From Candidatus Saccharimonadota bacterium (GTDB lineage Bacteria; Patescibacteriota; Gracilibacteria; UBA4473), in NCBI GenBank assembly GCA_030429505.1, contig JAUIFI010000001.1, positions 330,001 to 362,000 on the forward strand: a DNA stretch of 32,000 bases, in the 5' to 3' direction. Each line of letters opens with the position of its first letter. Within the stretch, counting starts at the first letter, position 1. Under the pieces are notes generated by a model, which did not search any database, was not told where the DNA came from, and worked only from the letters and a program-made list of their open reading frames with translations. A program made the translations under genes and the position numbers. Below are positions 19,501 to 25,413 of the stretch, piece after piece.

Positions 19501-22500
19501 AACCTCGTACTCCCGAAGGACTCTGGTGGGCATGGGATATACAGATTCCTGCCAAAGAAAAAATAACCATCACGTGGAAGATGAAGGTATCAGACATCCC
19601 TCCTATTCGTTATTCCATAGATGATTATTACGGAAAAGATGATGTCGACGATATTGTTATTCCTTGGCAAACAAGTAACGACCAGCAAATTCTCAGGCTT
19701 CCTTCCAATAGCAATCCTGCGCATAACTTGGAAATAGAAAATATTCCGGTAGTAGCTCCTATAGACCAAACTTCATTTCTCGCTAGCCAAACCGACACGC
19801 AATTATCAAATGGAATTACCTCTGGTATTAAAGCTGACAGTGATTCGGATGGATATCCTAATCTGTATGATGGACCAGGTATTGGGGATGATATGGATTT
19901 CACAGTCAATGGCATATCCAATGCCATATCTGAACACATGAACACACTCAATAACGAAAAAGAAAGTACAGAATGTCCTCAAAATGATGGACTCCCACTT
20001 ATTCCAGAAGTTTTCTTAGCACCTGGATTTACACCCACCTATACCCCCCCTATTACCGTTCCTGGAGGATTTGATGGAGGAACACCAGCTTTTTGGATAC
20101 CACCATCACCCATTTCCAGCGTGCAAACTTCTGCTATGCGATTTTACGTCATGCCCTCAACTACAGGGAAGGTCTCTTTTGCGACCTGCTTTGGAAGTTA
20201 TCCTTCGAGTATAGTTTCGCCCTTATGGAATGCAAATTGCTTTACTATGGCTCCACCAAATTTACCAAAAAAATGTATGGGACAAATAGCTCCCACTATA
20301 AAAAAGCTCAAAGAAAATCTTTTCTCATATAGTGATCAGCCTTGGAATCAAGGCAGTATGGAGCCAAAAGCTGATCCTACTATTACAAATCAGCAAATTT
20401 CCGGTGTTGACGTTATCAGTACATGGTTGCAAGATCAGTACCGAGAATTTGGAAATAGTTCGCTACCATCATTGAATGTTAAGTCACCAGATCTCAATCT
20501 TGAAAAATCAGATCAAGATCAAGATGTTATTCAGGCTTTATCTGAATCGCCATTTGTAAACCTTCAACAAGAGCAAAGATTAATTCCATATGCAAATGTC
20601 TCAGAAGAGTCACTAGAAAAAATGAAGAAAGATTATGCCGAATGGAACGATCATTTTCAATCATGGGAAAAAGACGGACAAGAAAAAATTAGTAGCTTTG
20701 AACAAGATATAAAAACTGCTGAAAGTGAAGGAAAAGATACGAGCAATGAAAGAGAAATTTTAGTGAATGCCAAAGCTCACTTAAAAGAAGGACAAAATAC
20801 CGCCTTTGCCGTAGAGCAGAAAATGAAAACAGTTGAAAATTATAAAGATCAGCAAGATGTTCTACTTACCATTCCTTCACAAGTCACAGCTATCTTGGAA
20901 GAAGTCCTTCAACATGCCAACACCATGTCTGAATACTTCAAAAGCGTGAATGATTCCGTCACCAGTTCATTGAACGAATGGGAAACTTTTCGAGACACAT
21001 CTGAACCCATTGTAAAATCGTGGGAAGCTGTGCCAGACACCTTAAAATCATTTATCAAGAGTTATCCAAGTTCACAAGTCGATCGAGGAAGTATGCAGGA
21101 ATGGCTTCTTCGCATTTTTCTAAGCGGTGTGGAACTTCCTATTATCGGAGCTCCTAATCTCCCGAATGTAAATCTTGATATATCAGAAATGACTTTTGGC
21201 TTCGATATTATTGCTCCACAAATTCAGTTTGAACCGGTAGATATGGCGATTTTTGAAATACCACCAAAACTTGAGCCATTCCCTCGTTTGCCAGATATAA
21301 ATGATTCTGAGTCCTTTACTCCTCATTCTTCAAACATCGGAGACACCCTCCTCACTACCACCATTAGTCAAGAATCAGCTATTCCCAACGTTGATAGTCC
21401 TCGAGCTTTCCCCACTCAAAAATCAGCCTTTCCCACTACATCAGTTGATTTTCAGCCCATGCCACCCGTCCAAAAACTACCAGAGATGCCCTCTATTGAT
21501 TTCAACGTTCAAGTACCAGAATTAGAGCTTCCCTCAATTCCTGAAATTCCAAGTCCACCAGCTCCACCGAACGCTCCTGATGTTCCGAGTCCGACAGCTT
21601 CTCCAAATACTCCCAATATATCCGACATCCCAGACTCACCAAACACTCCTGACATTCCTGATGCTCCAAGTGTACCAGAAATGCCAAGTATTCCTGATGT
21701 CTTGAGTCCTATTGAAACCATTATGGAAATTCCAAAAGCTCTTCTCCCACTCATGGGGCTACTGAAAACAGGTATCGCTCCAGTTCCCGAATGGTATCTA
21801 AAAGGATATACGACTCAGCTCACTAATCGTACTGACATTATGGGACTTGATTTTGCTCCGGGAGCCTTATCTCCAGTTCCCGCAAAAACGACCACTCCTC
21901 CAGAAATCAACATAAAAGTAGAGCATGATTTTGTTCCCGAACTGAAACAACTGAGTGACACGGTAAACATTTTAGAAGAAACATTTCGATGCGTTGTAGA
22001 AGGTATTCGTAGTTCGACAAAAGGCGACCAAGATTCTTCTGAGTGTTCAACTCAGGGAGAGCCTATCAGTCAAAAAAAATCTCGAAGTTTTGCCTTCCTT
22101 GAATTACTCAAACGAGGTCCCAACATTATTACTTCTCTTGGAACAGCCAAACTAAGAAACTGGCTCGCCACCAACGTTGCTATAGACGAAATTGCGCAAA
22201 GCCTTCCAAGCAATTTCAATGCCACCACCTTTGAAACAACACGAAATGCAACTCCGAAAAAAAATGACGGTATCTATTATTATGATGCAAATACAGACAC
22301 CGCAGAACTCATTACTAAATTTCCTATGACACCACCAATGACAGCTACTTTTGCTGATCTCGGTACTGATGGAAATGAAGAAATTATCTATAGTTTAGGC
22401 GAAGAGCTCTACTTAAAGTATCGAGTTGTTCCCGATGCGAAAGTACGTGAAGACGAAGAAAAAGATGAATGGGAAGCTTTATTTGATGATTTTATCCAGT

Positions 22501-24353
22501 GGTCATTTGAAGAATGGAAAGAAAAATTCTCTCCCACCCAAAAACTCATCTCCGATACCAACGTTGACGGTTCAAATATAAATTTTGAACGTCTATCAGA
22601 AAATATATCCTATTTTGAATGGGTGCTATCAGAACGTCCTGATAATATTTTCGAAATAGGTGATAAAGCAGAAGACAGAAAGTCAAACCAGTGGCAACGC
22701 ACAGCCTTCATTATTCGAGAAAAACCACCTCTCTACGAAATAAGACCCAAGACATCACAGGTGTCTACCATCAAAGGATCTCCCATCCTCTATGCTGCTC
22801 CCGAAGAAGAAGTACCCAAAATGTCCCAGTCAGACTGCGAAGATCCGGATATAATAAAGCCGTTCTATCCCACAGAATCTATTTTAGTTGGAGTAGGACG
22901 ATCATCACGAATGGAAATTAGAGTCCCTCCTCGCGCTGGACAAGAAGAAGAATTTCGAGAAATCGTGCTTCGAAGTGGTGAAGAGACGGTAGTCGAATAC
23001 GCAGAGATTTGCCTCACACGTGGGAAAATAAAACGCATCTCTACCCAAGATCAAGTCAAAGGAAATGCCAGAAAAGGTATCTATCTTCCCTCAGGTTCTC
23101 GTTTCGAACTTGGTCCCAAAGAACGCATTGATTTGACCATCTTTGATGGTACAACCATTACTATCGAAGGCAATGAAACTTATGAAATTTATTATTTTGA
23201 AACTCAAGAAGAGGCTATTGATCACTTTAAGTATTTACAAAGTGGAAATTACTATGGATTTCTCATGGCACAAAAAGGGGATCAAAAAAGCTATTTTCAT
23301 CCATCATTTCTGCATGATCCGCAAACACAAGCCGATACGAGACCTCCAGAAATAAAAATATCAGGGGGAGTGACAATAGACACAACTCTTTTTCAAGAGA
23401 TTCCTATTGACGCTTCAGCTACGATTGATAATGATCGAATACAACGTGTCTGGTGGGATACAGACTCTACAAAAGATAGTGATGGAGATGGGAATTTTAC
23501 CAATGATGTAGATTTTCCTCTCGCCAATGAGTTAGAAAAATATACCCCCAGACAACTCCTCAAAATATCACTTCCAGGATACGAAAATCCCGGTAATTAT
23601 ATTATCACTCTCAATGTCGAAGATCCGGCTCAAAATCAAACTTCACAAGAAATAAAGATTCAAGCCAAAGTTCCATTACTCAAGCTCACAGAAAGCTCTA
23701 TTCGAGATCAAAAAATCAAAGGAAACGTTGAAAGTGGAGAAAGCAATGTTCCTATTCATATCATGCGAAAACGGTCTGGGGAACCCTGGGAAACCCTCAC
23801 CAAAAAACCAATTCTATCTCAACCCAATGGACACTTTGAGACATCACGTCTTGGGGTATCTGAAGGACTAAAAATATACGATTCAAATGAAAAACTCATC
23901 GCAGAAATTCTTCCAAATGGTCGTCCCATCATAAAAGATTCTCAATACGGCTTCATCATAGAATCCGCAACAGGAGAAAACCCTTTTCAAATCAAGATTC
24001 GTGATCGTCGAAATAATCCTATTGCTTTTGTTTCTTTTCAAAGAGAAAAACAAATTCCACTCAAAACAAAAGATACAAATCCCGATGATTCTTTTATCTT
24101 TCAAAAATCAAGCAGCCAAAAGCAAGCGTTCCAAGATGCCATTGCCCTCGTCGATGTATCGAAAAATAAAACGGTTGGTATTCTTGATCAAAGAGGGGAC
24201 TTTTATGTTCTGCCACCTGAACGTATGTTTTTCCGGATAAAAAATGGAATGGATGGAACAACCCCACTAGTCTTCGAAATATTTTCTGCAGACAAAAAAA
24301 AGCGAGGAGAATTTTCTACCACCAGCGCTTCAAAAATATTTTTATATAAATAA
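13479..24353 (+). CDS. 3624-aa secreted giant multidomain surface/adhesin-like protein
   Basis: Single uninterrupted 10.9-kb ORF with an N-terminal signal peptide. It contains five Ig-like repeats, FG-GAP-like Ca-binding blades, a DSDSDGYPNLYDG Ca-binding motif, a PKD-like domain and a PxxPxx repeat. Many Cys residues sit close together in small clusters. There is no C-terminal LPXTG motif or TM anchor. Stop is TAA, followed by a strong hairpin. Confidence 0.9.
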   Translation: MFFFIQKSNKKKSFLIWLILVLIFFSVSTQAFFDFFDDNLPHTPEVKRTPVVSLLVEESLLDNKDLKERIGQYALNVQKKINGQVVQLPVPKDASPLDIFEGNAHLYFSGFNADGKSQLVGTVLIGDIPLPIVEKNGALWPTIFPYTDIERPSYLWNEASQRFIYNPKGDHEPEIWHGHIYSDTNGGKNITDQEEADELRDKELIAYFDQNHLVHTGTTTYGKRVLFVDLLLQKEGLNTTLRSYYNTWVNNIEDILYSRFNKHWAQSILATENLENTVPWGLLSESAKPKSIPNNSEKTSGLPDIQSKLLIEKFIRPYSSAWADYLDILYERIKKAGRWDATQIDTTISLVTRKDMASAILLKGMNDTLEAKLNELLSSNNVAASISVPKITDDYFTGGAQLEGQTLYWNGVDRTNLTTENCSLLRGVTKDNTHPYAQLVETNRTFNIDTVDSCASGYAGCCADNLEIDSSTLRYSIKTSGSPPNIVSACSVTQATLPIFDLAGTREVTSGNQGASGCIDIINTDNEDPDRTHRFDSLMIHNEPRVTTIDTQVQSMKTIAIPVDDPRGFSFYDHSKTFYRLSYFNLFDMRDYFKSSSDVTRQTLLKQEILNQLGTKIQEINTIINTANTASNARLAADRLLNWPGSPAGGTCSYSQIETNPDSFTTKIEWTETCVAPISSEKIVRYYETATTLSEDVLKNLIQSLDIDKVTESIVWLDKDLSNKNRTVLEKALSTTSVFQDFFFDASFNGYEFVEIIGEKAEDKIQENKGILSTFEQGESEDGDYELSKRESNKFQTKEKKRNTFLGFDFKKIFVKTDENTPDKKIIHEDVNGETKITTKNNAASSESFVRSIQVIPSEIKQSSTDLTPIDVEITLKDKNDHFLSSDFSSQVTLQFSSNDASRFFTILPAKTQTVTKGKATFQILPKGETFGGKLTLSATVGKRSSDPVPITLTPFSLLTNISRKEIPVKNSEGSLITVKVQDQNQNLSRVKDNTLIRFTSDWGNFSKNGYTRIQDGKASIQFYPGTKAGQAKIRIETLDETVAPQFENLIILPEKPLRLTIKTASNFLIPEGDFIPVEAILTDLYGNKVSTEIYEFIWKTENANTKPLLNKDSSTLLIQPSGTNLDVLAEVYVKSIPSLRAEKRFPTTINPKIDIQASSTEILAGSDAPISLLLTTKTSQNQKINTNFTADIFISPADLGEIVPSITFENGQALLEFFPGTKSRQGQIQIQIPGFEKTIFDLEILPEKAEKINLSVDKNTINRTDETDLNLTIEIVDQFGNIATDFKGEVALAFNEAEIRTESQNDVLVTLGVFGEVSNQKAYIDENINTTVGSQASDKDLLTISGGNLVRPEKGKKTVEVTSSTKTGQVFLTAKSEGLIPGVVEFEVIDYLTVSDIETLNPKSLLTLFLNFEAGDKSTEKSFANRYLMSGNSQAVGALLNDPDPFARKGFIDTSGEVSKDLKIHIEPGPFLEMKLQNSDKIQTTTRLNVVPNAPLALVTEKQNKPGVYFLIDPKQKDDFTKKENTILFQEKPLITLQSNGGITLEISKIELKPTPIHSLFEWDVLIDEKTQAKFLIIPSFSTITAIDDITESGTRPGIWVQSLSSEYQIVPGLTGKSTNEDLGVFFVSTTTKEDTERLLGSPRHSIEDIQINEDLVWEGLWKPGTFLGAGNSIGQSNLWGSSDAFILLGDPSLNIANDNTRSSIGIQPDIGKQIWKSPVGNIDQILVLDINGDGNGDILNRVGKEVYALYQDDEQLDNFRSIGPILRFSDGVKTLASFDNDFDGFWELLQLNEAGQTFIHKNTNGTFHRQSIDLGIPNTILRIEDAKLNTDEFRDLFVLDDKNCTWKILGQKNGFNKPQNLACLNPDFVKIEETFTVADNQDPNDPYFTPTKFSHLNHWLVSFNGIENDLKDDPDQIRYLTTFETERTPFVPFSKNKQIDTNLKITQIQEKEDPKLQEGDTIDIELEIESQQKLTNVQFIPSKFEGFAFVENSLQCDVCTKPIALKPRTPEGLWWAWDIQIPAKEKITITWKMKVSDIPPIRYSIDDYYGKDDVDDIVIPWQTSNDQQILRLPSNSNPAHNLEIENIPVVAPIDQTSFLASQTDTQLSNGITSGIKADSDSDGYPNLYDGPGIGDDMDFTVNGISNAISEHMNTLNNEKESTECPQNDGLPLIPEVFLAPGFTPTYTPPITVPGGFDGGTPAFWIPPSPISSVQTSAMRFYVMPSTTGKVSFATCFGSYPSSIVSPLWNANCFTMAPPNLPKKCMGQIAPTIKKLKENLFSYSDQPWNQGSMEPKADPTITNQQISGVDVISTWLQDQYREFGNSSLPSLNVKSPDLNLEKSDQDQDVIQALSESPFVNLQQEQRLIPYANVSEESLEKMKKDYAEWNDHFQSWEKDGQEKISSFEQDIKTAESEGKDTSNEREILVNAKAHLKEGQNTAFAVEQKMKTVENYKDQQDVLLTIPSQVTAILEEVLQHANTMSEYFKSVNDSVTSSLNEWETFRDTSEPIVKSWEAVPDTLKSFIKSYPSSQVDRGSMQEWLLRIFLSGVELPIIGAPNLPNVNLDISEMTFGFDIIAPQIQFEPVDMAIFEIPPKLEPFPRLPDINDSESFTPHSSNIGDTLLTTTISQESAIPNVDSPRAFPTQKSAFPTTSVDFQPMPPVQKLPEMPSIDFNVQVPELELPSIPEIPSPPAPPNAPDVPSPTASPNTPNISDIPDSPNTPDIPDAPSVPEMPSIPDVLSPIETIMEIPKALLPLMGLLKTGIAPVPEWYLKGYTTQLTNRTDIMGLDFAPGALSPVPAKTTTPPEINIKVEHDFVPELKQLSDTVNILEETFRCVVEGIRSSTKGDQDSSECSTQGEPISQKKSRSFAFLELLKRGPNIITSLGTAKLRNWLATNVAIDEIAQSLPSNFNATTFETTRNATPKKNDGIYYYDANTDTAELITKFPMTPPMTATFADLGTDGNEEIIYSLGEELYLKYRVVPDAKVREDEEKDEWEALFDDFIQWSFEEWKEKFSPTQKLISDTNVDGSNINFERLSENISYFEWVLSERPDNIFEIGDKAEDRKSNQWQRTAFIIREKPPLYEIRPKTSQVSTIKGSPILYAAPEEEVPKMSQSDCEDPDIIKPFYPTESILVGVGRSSRMEIRVPPRAGQEEEFREIVLRSGEETVVEYAEICLTRGKIKRISTQDQVKGNARKGIYLPSGSRFELGPKERIDLTIFDGTTITIEGNETYEIYYFETQEEAIDHFKYLQSGNYYGFLMAQKGDQKSYFHPSFLHDPQTQADTRPPEIKISGGVTIDTTLFQEIPIDASATIDNDRIQRVWWDTDSTKDSDGDGNFTNDVDFPLANELEKYTPRQLLKISLPGYENPGNYIITLNVEDPAQNQTSQEIKIQAKVPLLKLTESSIRDQKIKGNVESGESNVPIHIMRKRSGEPWETLTKKPILSQPNGHFETSRLGVSEGLKIYDSNEKLIAEILPNGRPIIKDSQYGFIIESATGENPFQIKIRDRRNNPIAFVSFQREKQIPLKTKDTNPDDSFIFQKSSSQKQAFQDAIALVDVSKNKTVGILDQRGDFYVLPPERMFFRIKNGMDGTTPLVFEIFSADKKKRGEFSTTSASKIFLYK
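16032..17651 (+). other. Array of five bacterial Ig-like (Big_1/invasin-like) domains (aa 852-1391)
   Basis: Units of about 95-140 aa repeat the same signatures. One is G(K/Q)A..(F/L)..PG(T)K.GQ..I (KGKATFQILPKGETFGGKLTLSA; DGKASIQFYPGTKAGQAKIRI; NGQALLEFFPGTKSRQGQIQIQI; KGKKTVEVTSSTKTGQVFLTA). Others are L.D..GN (ILTDLYGNKV, IVDQFGNIAT) and ILPEK(P/A) linkers. Confidence 0.65.
18630..19049 (+). other. FG-GAP/VCBS-like repeats (putative beta-propeller blades)
   Basis: LVLDINGDGNGDIL has the DxNxDGxxD Ca-binding loop. FDNDFDGFWELL and NTDEFRDLFVLD follow at a spacing of about 45-55 aa. A further copy, FADLGTDGNEEIIY, lies near nt 22340-22400. Confidence 0.5.
19350..19595 (+). other. Possible DUF11/CARDB-like beta-sandwich
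   Basis: GDTIDIELEIESQQKLTNVQFIPSKFEGFAFVENS...GLWWAWDIQIPAKEKITITWKMKV follows the pattern G-D-x-I-x-hydrophobic ... W-x-I-x-I-x-A-x-E-x-I-T-I. This is a pattern-level resemblance only. Confidence 0.3.
21531..21710 (+). repeat. In-frame tandem repeat: 10 x 18 bp encoding hexapeptide P-x-x-P-x-x
   Basis: The units are PSIPEI PSPPAP PNAPDV PSPTAS PNTPNI SDIPDS PNTPDI PDAPSV PEMPSI PDVLSP, each 18 nt, starting at 21531 (codon 2685 of the giant ORF). An outlying PEMPSI unit at 21480-21497 uses different codons. Confidence 0.9.
23343..23669 (+). other. PKD-like domain near the C-terminus of the giant protein
   Basis: IPIDASATIDNDRIQRVWWDTDSTKDSDGDG...GNYIITLNVEDPAQNQTSQEIKIQ matches the PKD pattern (W-D-x-x-D-G core, G-x-Y-x-hydrophobic-T-L-x-V-x-D). 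Confidence 0.5.
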
Positions 24354-24398
24354 AACGCGTATCATGGTTCACATAGAAGAGGTGGTGATACGCGTTTT
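24352..24398 (+). terminator. Intrinsic terminator hairpin (possibly bidirectional) after the giant gene
   Basis: A perfect 13-bp inverted repeat, AAAACGCGTATCA (24352-24364) / TGATACGCGTTTT (24386-24398), encloses a 21-nt loop. The GC-rich core ACGCG pairs, and the right arm ends in TTTT. The left arm begins AAAA, so the minus-strand reading also ends in a U-run. Confidence 0.6.
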
Positions 24399-24820
24399 AA
24401 GCTATGAGAGCAAGTCCATAAAAGAACAAGCTCAATTGCGCTGACGAAGACGCAAGCTCCCCGATATTGTTAAGGACATTTGTTTCGAGCGGTCCCACGC
24501 TCTATTTGTTTGTGTTTGAAAAAAGTGATTCGGCTCGTCATGCCGAGAAATGGGGAGATAATTTCGATCTTTACACACGATAAACATGGTAAAAACCGAA
24601 AAACTCCACATAGAAATATATCGAAGAACTGTTTATTGTAGCACATATAAAATGAAAATACAAGAAAGAAAAAAGAGTTTTTTGGAAAAGATAAAACGGA
24701 AAAATTAGATCTTTTGCTGCTCAGATGTTAGGAGAAACAATTTATAGTTTTTCAAATGAACTCATGGAAAAGGTGGCGGATGTGCTTTACGGAAGTAATG
24801 TGGAAAATGATCAATAGAAA

Positions 24821-25354
24821 CTACTTCTCGTGATGTTCCTTATACTCCGCCGAACATTCCTCCAGAAACTTTATAGCATCCTTCGCTCCTTTTTTACCCA
24901 AAATTGTTATTTTCCCACCTTTTTTGCGCGATTTATAATTTGCCAAAAACCACTCTATATTTGCCAATAATTCTGAGTCAAGATCAGTAATATCCTTACA
25001 ATCATGATAATCAGAATGCCCGGTAGGAACTGACAAAATCTTGTGATCGAACTCACCCGTATCATCCATCTCGATAATACCAACTATCCGTACCGGAACC
25101 ATAATCCCCGGATGAAAAGATTCACTCGAAATAACAATGACATCCATCGGATCATTATCATATTTATTCCACGTTCTTGGGAAAAATCCATAATTTTGCG
25201 GATAATCGACAGGAGTGCGAAGCACCCGATCCACCACCATAGTACCAAGCTTATCATCGTATTCGTACTTAATACGCGAATTTTTGGGGATTTCAATGAC
25301 CGCGTTATAAACGTCATCTTTATTGTGCAACGGAATGTCAGTAAAAAGATTCAT
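24821..25354 (-). CDS. ppa: Inorganic pyrophosphatase (family I)
   Basis: 177 aa. The stretch VIEIPKNSRIKYEYD...VDRVL...YPQNYGFFPRTW...DNDPMDVIV...PVRIVGIIEMDDTGEFDHKI matches soluble family I PPase signatures. Stop is TAG. Confidence 0.93.
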   Translation of the reverse strand: MNLFTDIPLHNKDDVYNAVIEIPKNSRIKYEYDDKLGTMVVDRVLRTPVDYPQNYGFFPRTWNKYDNDPMDVIVISSESFHPGIMVPVRIVGIIEMDDTGEFDHKILSVPTGHSDYHDCKDITDLDSELLANIEWFLANYKSRKKGGKITILGKKGAKDAIKFLEECSAEYKEHHEK

Positions 25355-25413
25355 GAGATATGGAAAAAATCTTTCTCATCTTACTAATGAAGAGAGAGAG
25401 GTGCAATATTTTT

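Noticed and set aside
21480-21710. Possible CRISPR-like or non-coding tandem array (regular 18-bp periodicity)
   Set aside because: The units are contiguous with no spacers. They are in frame with the 10.9-kb ORF and conserved at the peptide level (PxxPxx) rather than the DNA level. No cas genes are present.
21502-21754. Two minus-strand ORFs (61 and 81 aa, Gly/Ser-rich) antisense to the giant gene
   Set aside because: They are the reverse-complement shadow of the proline-codon (CCN) repeat, which reads as GGN Gly codons. They lie wholly inside a much longer, well-supported ORF.
3701-24398. Calling the central block a type IV secretion/conjugation system or a mobile genomic island
   Set aside because: I could recognise no VirB4/VirD4-type ATPase (no Walker A motif found), relaxase, integrase, transposase, flanking tRNA or direct repeats. 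Only the topology of the 774-aa protein is reminiscent of VirB6/TrbL.
24406-24417. GAGAGCAAGTCC, resembling the RNase P RNA CR-I motif (GAGGAAAGUCC), with a CGGCU motif about 120 nt downstream
   Set aside because: The spacing between the two motifs is far too short for bacterial RNase P RNA, and the other conserved regions (ACAGAA...GGCUUA) are absent. This is probably chance similarity.
24530-24546. tRNA-like anticodon arm (5-bp stem, 7-nt loop tcGTCat, would be Asp-GTC)
   Set aside because: Position 33 would be C rather than the near-universal U. I could not build an acceptor stem, a D-arm with GG, or a T-loop with the TTCRA motif from the flanking sequence on either strand.
25043-25387. 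Antisense ORFs within ppa (114 aa) and within proS (30260-30950; several of 67-118 aa)
   Set aside because: They lie entirely inside confidently identified conserved genes on the other strand. Their Ile/Asn/His-rich low-complexity translations are typical of shadow frames.
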